42,836 bases of DNA, from assembly GCA_030141605.1 (NCBI GenBank), contig JAQGDQ010001395.1, positions 1 to 42,836 of the forward strand, written 5' to 3'. Positions 12,162 to 25,342 of the stretch are shown here, one piece after another (the first letter of the stretch is position 1; each line of letters starts with the position of its first letter). The position numbers and the translations under genes were made by a program. The notes beneath the pieces were generated by a model, which did not search any database, was not told the origin of the DNA, and was given only the letters and a program-made list of their open reading frames with translations. The DNA is from Tubiluchus corallicola. Taxonomy: Eukaryota > Animalia > Priapulida.

Positions 12162-12509
12162 AATTTTTAGTTTAATCAAGATTGAATTTATTTTGTTGCC
12201 CGCTAATTAAACTACATGTATATTCTTTTCTCAGGATTATATAGAAATGTCATAATTTTAAAAATTACTAATGTTTCCTAAATTAAACTGATAACATTAA
12301 TGCCCACCAGTGTCTAAAAAATCATTTTATCTATATTCGGTAAAGGATAGCAGACTAGGTGACTTTATAATCGTTTCGCTATCCTTTCTCTAGTTCTAGA
12401 TCTATCTATACATTTTAACCATTCTTCAAAACTTATTAGAGATTCTTTTATTAATCATGTTTTATTGTAGCATTATAAAGAGATAAATAAATTGAAATTG
12501 AATTGAATT
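12162..12509 (+). mobile_element. Non-LTR retroelement 3'-end-like repeat, copy 1
   Basis: Ends AATAAA followed by a (TTGAA)n tail; inverted copy at 13878-14231. Confidence 0.6.
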
Positions 12510-12553
12510 ATTAAAGTACGTTACAAATTTAATTAGACCAAATTTTTGGACCC

Positions 12554-12717
12554 AACTATCGATGTACCTTATTTAATAGTAAACTAAGTACATTTATATT
12601 AATGCATTTAGCGCACAGGTAATCAAAAAGTAGACAACTATCGATGTACCTTATTTAATAGTAAACTAAGTACATTTATCTCAATGCATTTAGCGCACAT
12701 GTAACCAAAAAGTAGAC
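12554..12717. repeat. ~82-bp tandem duplication
   Basis: caactatcgatgtaccttatttaatag...aaaaagtagac occurs twice. Confidence 0.9.
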
Positions 12718-12801
12718 TAGTTTTAAATAAGGGATTGGAAGTAAGTGACAAGTTGACAATAGTCAACCTTAGATGAATAAACTAGATTTACTAAGTCTTA
12801 C

Positions 12802-12932
12802 GATGACAGTGTGCGCGGTTTGTGAGATAATTTGTGCTCAGTCCATGACTTTTCCTCCAATGTAAAGCGTGTGTTGCTCCAAATAATAAAAAATATCCAC
12901 AGTAAAGAAACTGGAAAGACATATCCGTTCAT
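12802..12932 (-). CDS. QPCT: Glutaminyl-peptide cyclotransferase, coding exon 1 (signal peptide/anchor); spliced CDS 1065 nt / 354 aa
   Basis: ATG at 12932 with an in-frame stop upstream. MNGYVFPVSLLWIFFIIWSNTRFTLEEKSWTEHKLSHKPRTLS has a hydrophobic stretch and the W.E.K..H.P..L pattern of the QC N-terminus. Donor GTAAGA at 12801, phase 2, matching exon 2. Missed by the ORF track. Confidence 0.85.
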
Positions 12933-13877
12933 TTTACCAACGAAGGCTGATTTTGTTTACACATCAGCAGCAATATGGGAAACTGACTTTATCATATCGA
13001 AAGTGAAGCGTCATCATTCACGTCTTGCCTACTCACCCGTGGCGCACCAACTACGAATAGTCCGATAAAACAAAGCAGCGAAAGAATTGAGCGTTTGGCA
13101 TCCAAAACACTATTATTGCATAAAACCATTATTGTTAATAAGAGCTACAGTAATTTTTAGCAAATATGTGATCATTAGACAGTTGGGGTATTTCTGGAAA
13201 AGATACTTTAGCGAGAAAATTTTCTACTATAGTGAAAATTTACAGATTAAAAATTGCGTTACAGCAATTTTCGTAACTCCTATTCCAGGGTATTACGAAA
13301 CTTCCACACTAACTAAATGCACATTTGCAGGTAACTGAAAAAGGATATAAGTGCTTTCAAAATTTTGTAAATTATATTAAAATTCGTTTAAATGATTTTC
13401 TACACATTGCTGCCAATGAGCTTTTAACCATATGCTGCTGATGTTTTGCTTTTGTTTCCAACGAATTCTCCTGAATTCACAAAATATTAAATCTTTTCAC
13501 CAGTTCACTATTCGCAACTACACATAATTAACAACTGACCGTCTGTAATAATTAGTGTAATTTTACTAACGTTCAAGCCAGAAAACAGAAGCAAGGAACG
13601 GAGGTTACGGGTAAAGAAAACCGAAATTACATCAGCAATCTTCTGTTAATGACCATCTTAAAACTTTCCTGGTTTTAGTACAACACGACGAATATTTTAC
13701 TGTAGCACTGTACTTCAATTTTCGCTTTCACAAACACGTGCAACACGCTCGTGAAATATTTTTGCTATTGAAAATTATGTTTGCTTGTGATGTCGTCAGC
13801 ATTTGGGCCCGCCGTTAATTAACTTTTCAATTTATTATTTCATTTTCAGAAACGCTTTTTCATTATTAATTGTGTAT

Positions 13878-14231
13878 TAATTCAATTCAATTCAATTTTA
13901 ATTTATTTATCTCTTTATAAAGCTACAATAAAACAAGATTAATAAAAGAATCTCTAATAAGCTTTGAGAAATGGTTAAAATGAACAGATAGATCCAGAAC
14001 TAGAGAAAGGATAGCGAAGAGACTATAAAGTCACATAGTCTGCTATCCTTTACCGAATATAGATAAAAAGCTTTTTAGACACTGGTGGGCATTAATGTTA
14101 TCAGTTTAATTTAGGAAACATTAGTAATTTTAAAATTATGACATTTGCTATATAATCCAGAGAAAAGAATATACATGTAGTTTAATTAGCGGGCAACAAA
14201 ATAAGGTCAATGTTGATTAAACTAAAAATTG
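13878..14231 (-). mobile_element. Non-LTR retroelement 3'-end-like repeat, copy 2 (inverted)
   Basis: Reverse complement of 12162-12509. Confidence 0.6.
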
Positions 14232-14796
14232 CATTTAGATTTTATTTGAAATCCAGGTCAAAATTGTTATGAAATGATAAGAGCACTTTGGGTTAATAAT
14301 GCTATTAATCAACAACAGGAGTTAAATACATTTTGATTTGAGTTCAACTTCATTATTTCTAGGCTTATTGATTAAGAACAAATCTACTGACTTGGACAAT
14401 AATACTAAATAATATAACTCACAATATACTGATAAGACAAACAATATACTGATAAGACAAACATTAATGCACAATTAGTCAATACATGTACTAATAAACG
14501 CAATATTCAGTCGCCGTTAGGTGATTCCCACTTAAACGACAGCTTGTGTGTTTTGTTTAGATGAAGACGACACGGATATAGGCGTTATGGAGGGATCCAT
14601 TACCGTGTACGCCTTCTTATAAACATACCAATAGTTTAGTTTACAACGCTGTAGCTGCCCAGGGCAGGAAGACGTACAAGCAGAAAAGTTGTTTTTATCA
14701 TTCGCTGGGAACTACTGTATTTTTATTTCTGCTAAGGTTACTGGGCTATCTGACTTCCGGTGTTTCCACAAAACGCTAGCGGCTACTGTGCGATAC

Positions 14797-15047
14797 CGTG
14801 ATTCAGTAGATAAGAGTTGTGAAACGTTGAGTCTAAACAACACTTTACTTTCATTAGTATACAGTCAGCTATGAAACTAGATTTTATTATGTAAATGAAC
14901 TCATTAGCGTCTACTGTGTAATATCGTGATTCAGTAGATAAGAGTTGTGAAACGTTCAGTCTAAACTACGCGTTGTGGACTACTTTCATTAGTATACAGT
15001 CAGCTATGAAACTAGATTTTATTATGTAAATGAACTCATTAGCGTCT
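14797..15047. repeat. ~128-bp tandem duplication upstream of the sulfotransferase ATG
   Basis: cgtgattcagtagataagagttgtgaaacg...cattagcgtct occurs twice. Confidence 0.9.
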
Positions 15048-15212
15048 CGCTTTGTTTTCAGCATTAAGTAGACATGTACCTGGTTGTGTTAAGCAACCTC
15101 AGTAGGTTAGACTTGCTATGTACTAGCCAACCTCGCAACCGCGAACTTCGGACCTATATTTTAGGTGAGCTAGCTGAGAGTATCTCATGGAGTGATTAGT
15201 GTTAACTAAATA

Positions 15213-15540
15213 ATGGGCCGACGAACGTGGCTGTCCTCCATATGGAAGAAAGCAGTAATAGCGTTGTGTTTTTTCGCTGCCGTGAATTTAATTTTGCTGC
15301 TTGGAGTGAATCGACGTAGAATTTTTGCACCCGAAATGGGAGTTTACGTGTACTACGACGCGATTTTTGGATATTCGTCGAACAAAAGCGTGGCGATACT
15401 GGCAGAAGACTTACTGAAAACTACAAGTGTCACAAAAACTATGCAGTACATTAACCTTACATCAACTAAGACAACGATAGTTGTACTAGAGCAGCAAAGG
15501 AACCCCAAACCAGGCAATGTATTGGAGGATCTGAAGGGAG
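15213..15540 (+). CDS. WSC-domain sulfotransferase (WSCD1/2 family), exon 1: cytoplasmic tail, TM anchor, stem
   Basis: MGRRTWLSSIWKKAVIALCFFAAVNLILLLGVNRRR has a basic tail plus hydrophobic helix (type II membrane), then a Thr-rich stem. Donor GTTAGT at 15541, phase 1. Confidence 0.75.
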
Positions 15541-15570
15541 GTTAGTATCGTTTAGTGTGTTATATAATTT

Positions 15571-15765
15571 GTTAATCTATACGTATGTTGTCTATAAACT
15601 TCGATATGCTAATCTATACGTATATTGTCTATAAACTTCGATATGTTAATTTATACGTATAATGTCTATAAACTTCGATATGTTAATTTGTACGTATATT
15701 GTCTATAAACTTCGATATGTTTTTTTGTACGTATATTGCCTATAAACTTCGAGTTTATAGGCAAA
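15571..15765. repeat. 37-bp minisatellite (~5 copies) ending in a short palindrome
   Basis: gttaatctatacgtatattgtctataaacttcgatat repeated, ending in ttgcctataaacttcgagtttataggcaa. Confidence 0.9.
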
Positions 15766-17041
15766 GACTGGAGGTTAGAAAAACCTGAAGTTGAAAAAAC
15801 ACAATAAAACGTTTGTTACTGTACGTAGACGGTTTATAGTCTAAGTTTATAGACTATGAACTATATATAAAGGTCAGAAGTGACTAACGCTCGCTTTTCA
15901 GTCATTACTCATAAGTTCTACAGAAATACTAAAACGTAAGCTCTTCTACTGCAGTAAAATTTTGAACTAAGCCTAGCCGTCAAACCTACCGGAAGGTATG
16001 TCATCAGTTTGGGTGATAAAATTGTTGTTCATTGAGTATAATATCGTGTGGCGTAAAAAATGTGTAAAAATTTTAATCATAATTATATAAGAAAAAAACG
16101 ATTGAATCACTTGAAAATTATTTCATTGCTGTTACAGGCGTTTACTTACAAAATACCAAAAATTCTAGATCATTCTGTTAGATTGCCCGCAACACATTTA
16201 CCTTCGTGTATAAGTGAACAGTGTTTGAGGCTTTTCCTGTGCAGTATTTCTTATTTGTATTATATCCATTGTAGGCCCTTTCACTAGATGTTGTACATGA
16301 AACTATTGTAAATGTGTAATGTGAAATAAATGAGTTACGACTTATGATGATACAGAAACTTTAGAACGACAAGTCGATACGAATGTTGGAAAAACTGTTT
16401 CTTCTAGTTAAAAATATTGTTAAAATTTACAACATGTTTTTCTACATATGCATCACTTTCTCTTCAAACTAGATTGAAGACGTTTCTTCAACAGCTGACA
16501 CAGTTTTTCACTTCTTTTAATGACATTTGGTCCGGGCAATCGACATTTTTACCTTTAGTTCCTTTGCTTCTTCTTGTTACAAATATTGTTAAAATTTACA
16601 ACATTAATTTTTTAATATGATGGAGCTTTTCTGCATTAATCTACTAAACTTATAAACTTGTAACTTTCACCGCCGAAAGGTAGTAAATTGCAGTTTGACG
16701 TTTGAACTTGTAAAATTTCTACTCTGTAGGCCGCTTGCTTTAGAAATTATTGTAGTCTAAACTTCGACGCGTTTTTTCGTGTATGCAATTTTGTATCACA
16801 GTGTTTCAATGAACTTTATCATTTTATTGTAAGACTTTTCTTTCTAAGTTACAGCTCAAGCTGTCAGTGTTCATAAAGTATACCGCTATGACTGTGTAGG
16901 TCAGCACCCGCTAGAACAAGTCAATGACCTTTCAAATGATAGAGATTTTTAACCGCAAGGACGACTGAACACGTCCACATATGCAGTGTGTATAACCTAC
17001 AATTATTGTAGCAAAATTATGTAGTATTGCAGCGAATCCGT

Positions 17042-17345
17042 GTAAAAACGCCACAGGCAAAAAGTCACAGGTAAAAATGTCACAGGTAAAAACGCCACAG
17101 GCAAAAAACTCAGGTAAAAACGTCACAGGTAGAAATACTCAGGTGAACGTCACTGGTAAAAAGCCACAGGTGAAAACGTCACAGGTAAAAACGTCACAGG
17201 TAAAAAAACTCAGGTAAACGTCACTGGTAAAAAAGTTAAAGGTAAAAACGTCACAGGTAAAAAACTCAGGTAAACGTCAGTGGTAAAAAAGTCACAGGTA
17301 AAAACGTCACATGTCAGAAAAATGTCACAGGTAAAAAAGTCACGG
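17042..17345. repeat. ~15-bp tandem repeat (aaaaacgtcacaggt)n
   Basis: About 20 imperfect copies. Confidence 0.92.
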
Positions 17346-17394
17346 ATAGAAACCAAAAATTAGTCTCAGGAAAAAAGAAATCATCCTATCTATA

Positions 17395-17890
17395 ACAATA
17401 ACCCCAACCCTAGCCATAACCCTAAACCATAATCCTAAACCCAATCGTAGCCATAACCCTAGCAATAACCCTAAACCATAATCCTAAACCCTAACCGTAG
17501 CCATAACCCTAGCAATAACCCTAAACCCTAAACCCTAACCCTAACCATAACCCGAACCGTAGCAATAACCCTAAACCCTAACCATAACCCCAACACTAGC
17601 AATAATCCTAAACCCTAACCCTAACCATAACCCCAACACTAGCAATAACCCTAAACCCTAACCCTAACCATAACCCCAACCGTAGCCATAACCCTAAACC
17701 CTAACCATAACCCCAACCCTAGCAATAACCCTAAACCCTAACCATAACCCCAACCCTAGCAATAACCCTATTCCCTAACCATAACCCTAGCAATAACCCT
17801 AAACCCTAACCCTAACCATAACCCTAGCAATAACCCTAAACCCTAACCCTAACCATAACCCTAGCAATAACCCTAAACCCTAAAACCTAA
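17395..17890. repeat. Degenerate telomere-like (TAACCC)n array with higher-order units
   Basis: ctaaaccctaaccctaaccataaccctagcaataacc repeated. Confidence 0.92.
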
Positions 17891-19767
17891 GTGTCACGTT
17901 TAATGTAAAAACACATAGTTATTGACTTTTTACTAATCTGGTTTTTCATGCATTTTTATTAGTGCTTCTTGAAATATTTTGCCCTAGTTTTGTAACTTTA
18001 GTGTTAAACTACAGAATATTACAGTCGTTTTGACGAAGAATGTGTTCAAATACAGTATAGACAGTTACTGAACACTTTATAATCATGATCAGAGTTTTTC
18101 TTAGTTCTCCCTCCCTTTCATCTTTCATTCACTACTCCCCCCACATCACAGTTTTTCTTAGTTCTCGCTCCATTACATCTTTCATTCACTACTCCCCCCC
18201 CCCCCCACTTTTATGTATATATTATTATTATTTCAATTATTAATCACTTCTCTAAGATTTCCACGTACAGTTTGCCCTGTCAAGCTGTGCTTCTAGGCTC
18301 ACACTGTATGCATCAAAATTATTCTGTAATGTAATTTACACATGTATATGCTGCATAAGAATCTCTTTTGTAATTTCTGGATAATGTTACACTTATATTT
18401 ATATTTACTTCAGTGAAATTATCTGTATTTTTATTATTATCGTTAGATGCAGAGTGGAAATATATAAACTTATAACTTATAACAGTTATCAACTGTTAAA
18501 GAGGAAGGAAAGGGAATTATAAAAAAATATGAATAAAAACTTTCCGTGAAAATTTATGCTAGTAAAAGGAAGACAGGGTGATTTTTCATATGCTACCCCA
18601 TTTTCAAGTACGGTGAAAATTATACATTTTAGCGGAATTAATACTGCAAAAGCGTTTCTGATAATTAAATTAGAGGTTAAAAACTTAATTAACTGCAGGA
18701 GAGCGGCCCAGCTACTCATGACGTCACAAACTAACAATTTTCAACAGCAAAAATATTCCACGAGCGTGTTGCACGTGTTTGCGAAAGCGAAGATTGAAGT
18801 ACAGTGCTGCTGTAAGATATTCAGTGTGTTGTACTAAAACTAGGCAAGTTTTAAGATTAAAATTCGAATTTCAAATTTACCACTGTACTCACGCATGAGC
18901 TGTCGAACGTGTGTAGCTCGTCACAAACCAACACATCTTTAACTGAGAGGTACAACACCTGGTTTTCGTGCAACGCGTTTCCGAAATACAGGCGCTAGTG
19001 CCTGTCAGTCTTTTCCTTTAGGTAAATATTAAGTTCTCGTATCAAAGCAGTCATCATAAGGTCAAAATGATTAATATCATCATTATCATTTTTACATCAC
19101 TTTTACTCAAAAATATTGACCTATAACCGAATCAAGCTGTGGCCTTACACCCAGGGAGCATTGTTGATTTAGACTCTCTAGTGCTTGAGAATTAGGCTGT
19201 ACAAATAAAAATAGGAAGCTTATTATTTGCAAAGCTGTTTTGTAAATAGGCGCGCCTCTGAACATGCAACACGGGGACAGGACGCAGAAGAATTTGCACT
19301 TTTGTGGGTGAGGTGACGATGCATTTTTTTTAGTTTCTGATGTCTAGGTAGACGACCAATTGTACTTTGGTCAACGAAAATAAAAGATTAGCGCTCGCAA
19401 ATGTCCTACAATTTCAGAACATTAGTAAAATTTATACCACTCGTGACAAAAACCTGCTAGTTGCTTTCTCTGAGTTAGTTTGTGATTCGTTTTTACAAAC
19501 TTTAGTATAAAATATTGAACTTTTATATTATATCTGTCACTTTTATATTATACAGGTCGTTTTGTGTAAGTTTGTGTAAATTGGTACTATTTGATTTTAG
19601 TTGTTCTTTTATTGGTATATTGATTTATTGGTATTTAAAAGTCTTACGAATATAACAGCTATTTTATTTACAAAGTTTTTTTAACCATACCCTGCAAATA
19701 GAGGGTCCCTGTATGTATTTTGTGTAAGTATTTGTATATGCGTACAATTTTAAATTTTAAATAAAGA

Positions 19768-20583
<816 letters not shown>

Positions 20584-21569
20584 TTGGTAGACGTATAATT
20601 GGAAGGCATACTGACATGTAGGCTTTTCTGTGAAATGTAAACCGCGTTCTACTGCCGTCAGAAATGGAAAGATATGTCCTACCTCAACACTTAAAAATTT
20701 AGTTAATATGTAGCAATCCAGGACAATTTTTCATATTCTACCCCATTTTGAAGTACAATAAAATACATACATTTAATCCGTGTATTAATGCCAAAGCATT
20801 TCTGATAATTAAATTGTATATTAAAATCTTAATTAACGGTGGACGAGCGCAACTACTGATGACCTCACAAACGAACATAATTTTCAACAGTAGAAATATT
20901 CCACGAACGTTTTGCACGTGTTTCCAGAAGCGGAAATTGAATTGCTGCTGTACAGCATTCAGTGTAAAACACAAAACTCGGCATATTTAAGATAAAAGTT
21001 GTAATTCTAAATTTACTGCAATTAAAGTTGTAATTCTGTGCTCACTCATGAGCTCTCGAACGTGAGTATTACGTCACAAACGAACAGCTCAGAACTGAGA
21101 GGTACAGCAGCTTTTTTGTGCCATGCATTCTGAAATACAGGCGCTAGTGCCCGTCTAACTATCGAATGGTAAAATGCATGTAACAGTGAAGAACTAGAGG
21201 CGGGAACATGAAATCGTGTTTCTTTACCAAACTCTGATGTGTTTTGTTAATCAAATTTTTTTAAATTCTGCATCAACTTCTTAACTTCTTGATGACATTG
21301 TAAATTTGAAATGTTTTTACTCACATTTTATATAGTAATTTTTAGTACTTCTAGTTTTATTCATCGCAAATTTTAATTTCATGTTTAAAAGAACAGTAAT
21401 CAGTAAATCAATCAATATACTTTTTGCGAATTATTGTTAATTGATCCATTGGTCACTGTCCATTGATGACACGCCCTACCAGAATTAGATTTTTGACTCT
21501 TATTTACTCTTTGGAAAAGCCATGGTAAACGGTTGCTACTTAGAGTCGCGCCATAACATGTTCAGCCGT

Positions 21570-22125
21570 ACAAATGCTTATAAAAGCCGTGTGGAGCCCG
21601 TGTGAAAACGTGTTTTCCTTCGTATACATTAGAGAAAGCATTAATGCTGATCGGTTTCACCTTAGACTACAATGTTATTTTTCCTGCCGTTCAGTAAGGA
21701 TGTTTTTCCGTCCAAGTGCTGTTACAAGCCGTGTGGAGCCGTGTAAAACGTGTTTTCTTTCGTATACATTAGAGGAAGCATTAATGTTGATCAGTTTCAC
21801 CTAAGGCTACAATGTTATTTTTCCAGCCGTTCAGTAAGGATGTTTTGCCGTCCAAATGCTTTTACAAGCCGTGTGGAGCCGTGTAAAAACGTATTTCCTT
21901 CGTATACATTAGAGGAAGCATTAATGTTGATCAGTTTCACCTTAGACTACAATGTTATTTTTCCAGCTGTTCTGCAAGGATGTTTTCCAATGCTTTTAGA
22001 AACCGTGTGGAGCCGTATAAAACGTATTTCCTTCGTATACATTAGAGGAAGCATTAATTTTGATCAGTTTCACCTTAAACTACAATGTTATTTTTCCAGC
22101 TGCTCTGCAAGGATGTTTTGCCGTT
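21570..22125. repeat. ~134-142-bp tandem repeat x4 that includes the splice acceptor of sulfotransferase exon 2
   Basis: ccgtgtggagcc at 21587, 21729, 21869 and 22003. Each unit ends with tacaatgttatttttcc(a/t)gc...aaggatgtttt. Confidence 0.92.
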
Positions 22126-22298
22126 CCCGACGATCTGGTACCCAGCAGGATAACTTTGCAGACTCCTACAGAAGCGCGGCAGCCAAGCAGCATGAAGAAA
22201 GTTATGCAGACAGATTCTCCAACGGAAGGTCCTACTCATGAGTGTTTACTACAGTGTCAGTTAAGGAATGCAGCTTTTGGACAGTTTCAAAGCTTATC
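22100..22298 (+). CDS. WSC-domain sulfotransferase, exon 2 (WSC domain, N-terminal half)
   Basis: ttttccAG| phase 1. AALQGCFAVPDD...PTHECLLQCQLRN fits the WSC GCF...T.E.C...C pattern. Donor GTAAGT at 22299, phase 2. Confidence 0.75.
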
Positions 22299-23196
22299 GT
22301 AAGTGCACGACCAGTTTTTTAACAATCAAATATGTTGATTTTTCATATCCTACCCTATTTACGAGTATGGTAAAAAGTATACATTTTAACACTTATAACA
22401 ATGCAAAAGCATTTCTGATAATTAAGTAATAGATTCAAAATTTAATTAACAGCAGGACAGTAGCAAAACTAGTGATGACATCACAAATGAACATAATTTT
22501 CACAGGACGAGCCTGTTCCTTGTGTTTGAGAAAGTGAGAATTGAAGTACTGTGCTGCTGTACAACATTCAGTGTGATGTGCAAAATCTCGGTAAATTTTA
22601 AGTTTAAAATTCAAATATCAAGTGTACCACTGCATTCGCACGCTCTAGAACGTGTGCACTACGTCACAACTGAACCCCTCTGAAGGGAAAAGCGTCTGTC
22701 TTTCTGCAGCACGTTTGCGAGAGGCGCCAGGTTTCTGTGGTAAAGTCATTCATGAAAAAATAGTATGGACCGCATCCAATATTTTAAATGGTAAATTATT
22801 CTGAAATGTAGTTTAAGATTGGGTGCAGTTATCTTTTAATATTCTGTTTATATCCATAATTGGGACATGAGTTGTTTAACAGTAGGGGGGGGGGGTCAGT
22901 AACCTCTGTGAATGGATTGATCATAAGATATCTACAGCTGTTTTCTGAGAGCCATAATCTTCCAGTAATACCTTTTGTTTTTATTTATTTATTTGTTTAT
23001 TTATTTGTTATTCAGGTACCTCTTTTCTTGTCCTTTAAATGCATCTTGGGATACTAGATGGAATAATATCAACAGAGTGATAAGATACGGTACTTGTTTT
23101 ACAATGACACGGGACTTTGTCATTTTGTCAAAGACAAACAGTTTTTATCGATATATGAATATTCTATAGTCTTTGACATTTTTTGTCATTTTCCAG

Positions 23197-23381
23197 GAAG
23201 TCAAAATATCAGCTGTACATTGCAGTCGATCCCAGGAAGAGGATATGTCTGTGTAATAGGGAGAAATCTCTGGGAATCATATTCACTGGGCGAAACAAAA
23301 ACGTGCTAGCGCCAGGCAACTCCAGTTGTGGGGAATTATCCTTGCTGTATAAATTGGAATCGTTTACTAAGAGAGTGGAAG
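23197..23381 (+). CDS. WSC-domain sulfotransferase, exon 3 (WSC domain, C-terminal half)
   Basis: ttttccAG| phase 2. KSKYQLYIAVDPRKRICLCNR...SSCGELSLLY fits the WSC YxA...CxC...CG...Y pattern. Donor GTAAGT at 23382, phase 1. Confidence 0.75.
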
Positions 23382-24549
23382 GTAAGTCTAGCAAAAAGGA
23401 AATTATTGATTTTTTGAAGGTCCTCTCAGTATAGACAGTATAGACAGAATACAGCATATTCCTCAGGTACTGGTAAGTCTTCTTCTGTGTTCACTCTGTC
23501 CTCAAATCTTCTCTTTTTTAAGGAGAAATTCCTGTTAAAAATGAATCTACCTCAATTTGTCCTTGGTAGATCGGTTGGTTTTTCTGGAATAGCAGCAGAA
23601 CGCTGCACAGCTTGGGCTGCAGCAAGCAGGAAATCAATAAATTAGTGTGTACAATCACGCAAGTGTACACCAGTCTAAGCTACTCAATAGGCTAAGTTGG
23701 AGTGCCTGAATTTTCTTAATTTTATCCAATTAAATCACTTATAAATGTTTAAACAAATAGCATGATTGGATAGCCCAAATTCTCCTGAATAGAACAGTAC
23801 CTAATTTGTTATCATTTAGTTATGTCTGTGCTCATACAGTAGCAAAAACGTCTCAGTTGTTGTAAGAACTATTTTGAGAGGTGCAGTCCTGACGGAGTTA
23901 ACGCCCCTGTGTAAAATGGCTGTGTAAAAACACCCAACATTGACCCTCGAACTCGCAACCCTGGAATCAATAATCAAGGCAAAATTTTACCGTTAATTTT
24001 GAACTAATGAACCAACTATTAACTTATGAACAATTTTAACAGGCTAAAAACTGACGACCAATTAACAATTAATTAACTCAGTTTTACTTCTCCCTGCGTG
24101 ACTACCATTTCTTGTGACTGACCGGCCTGATGTCACCTGGCGTGAACCGTCACAGTGTGAGCAATCTCTTTTCAAACCTGCACCTGTTTCATTCAGCTGT
24201 GCACGCGTGTATTGCTAAGTTACCCTGATTATACAAATACATATGAAATCAGTAAGATTAATGATTGGAGTTTTATACAGTACCAAATCAGCACCTGTTT
24301 CATACAGTGATGCACACGTGTATTGCTAAGTTACCCTCACTATACAAATACCGATTAAGGGTCATAAATTTAGCTTATGCAATCAATACAATTTCATGCT
24401 TGGAGTTTGATACAGTAGAGTTTTTAACAATGTATTTCCCGTATCAATAAACCTGCTATGCTCATTATGTTAGCACGTGCTAAAGGGAATGCTATAATAG
24501 AATTCTGATTTTTCATTCGACTATAAAGCATAAGAAAACCCTCCATATA

Positions 24550-24800
24550 CACAAAGTTTAAAAAATTCGTCACTTTGAAATTTTATATTACTTACATAAT
24601 GCCTTTTTGCGTGCAGGACTTCAATCGGCAGTCACGCTGTATAAAACATGTAAATTTAAATTCCCGCGATGACCGTTAGACGGCAGGTCATTTGAAACAA
24701 GTTTTGATAAAATTTTATAAAGTTTGAAAAAATAATCAGAGCACTCGTAGCGCAAAAGTTACTAACTAAATAAAATGTAAAATTACTGCATCTTGTCAAT
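24550..24800 (+). mobile_element. Interspersed repeat shared with ~26899-27140 (a short inverted piece at ~25125-25158)
   Basis: aaagtttaaaaaattcg...gaccgttagac...aaagtttgaaaaaataatcagag is alignable in both places. Confidence 0.6.
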
Positions 24801-25236
24801 AAGATTAAAAATACGTTTTTGGTTACTGAGTGGCGCACCCTGGTGAGTCAGCGACATTTTACCAATTAGTGAAAACATTTCAAATAATTAATAATTTTCT
24901 TTCCTAGTTACATAAGTCTTTCTAGTAGGTAAGCGAAATGCTAAGTAATATAGATTTGCACGGAAAGTGGTTTGAGACATAATTTAACATTGCCTTTTTC
25001 CCTTCATTTACGTTTGATGCATGACGTCATGTAATGGCGACTTCGGAACAGTATTGTGGGAGATTTAAAATGAAAACAAACTAAAATTCCTTTCAGTGCG
25101 AGTAAGATATACGCATAAAATTGCTGTAAAGTAATATAATTTTTTAACGCGATTTTTCTGAAGCCTGCTTCCGGTGCCCCTTTTCTTGTCCTGAAACCTA
25201 CTTCCGGTACCCCTTTTCTTGTCCTTTAAGCTTAAA

Positions 25237-25342
25237 GCAAGTTGTCCGAAGCGAATTCGTTAGCTAAGTACGTCCCAGAGCAGCACTTTTCCATCCTCCA
25301 ACATAGGGAGGGTGCTGTAAGGGTTGCCCTAAATTAGTTTAA
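25237..25342 (-). pseudogene. Inverted duplicate fragment of GST exon 2 with its acceptor
   Basis: Reverse complement reads tttagggcaacccttacagcaccctccctatgttggaggatggaaaagtgctgctctgggacgtacttagctaacgaattcgcttcggacaacttgc, matching ~1825-1945 with a 17-nt deletion. Confidence 0.9.

Noticed and set aside
17395-17890. True chromosome end
   Set aside because: Degenerate, internal and within an intron of an intact gene.
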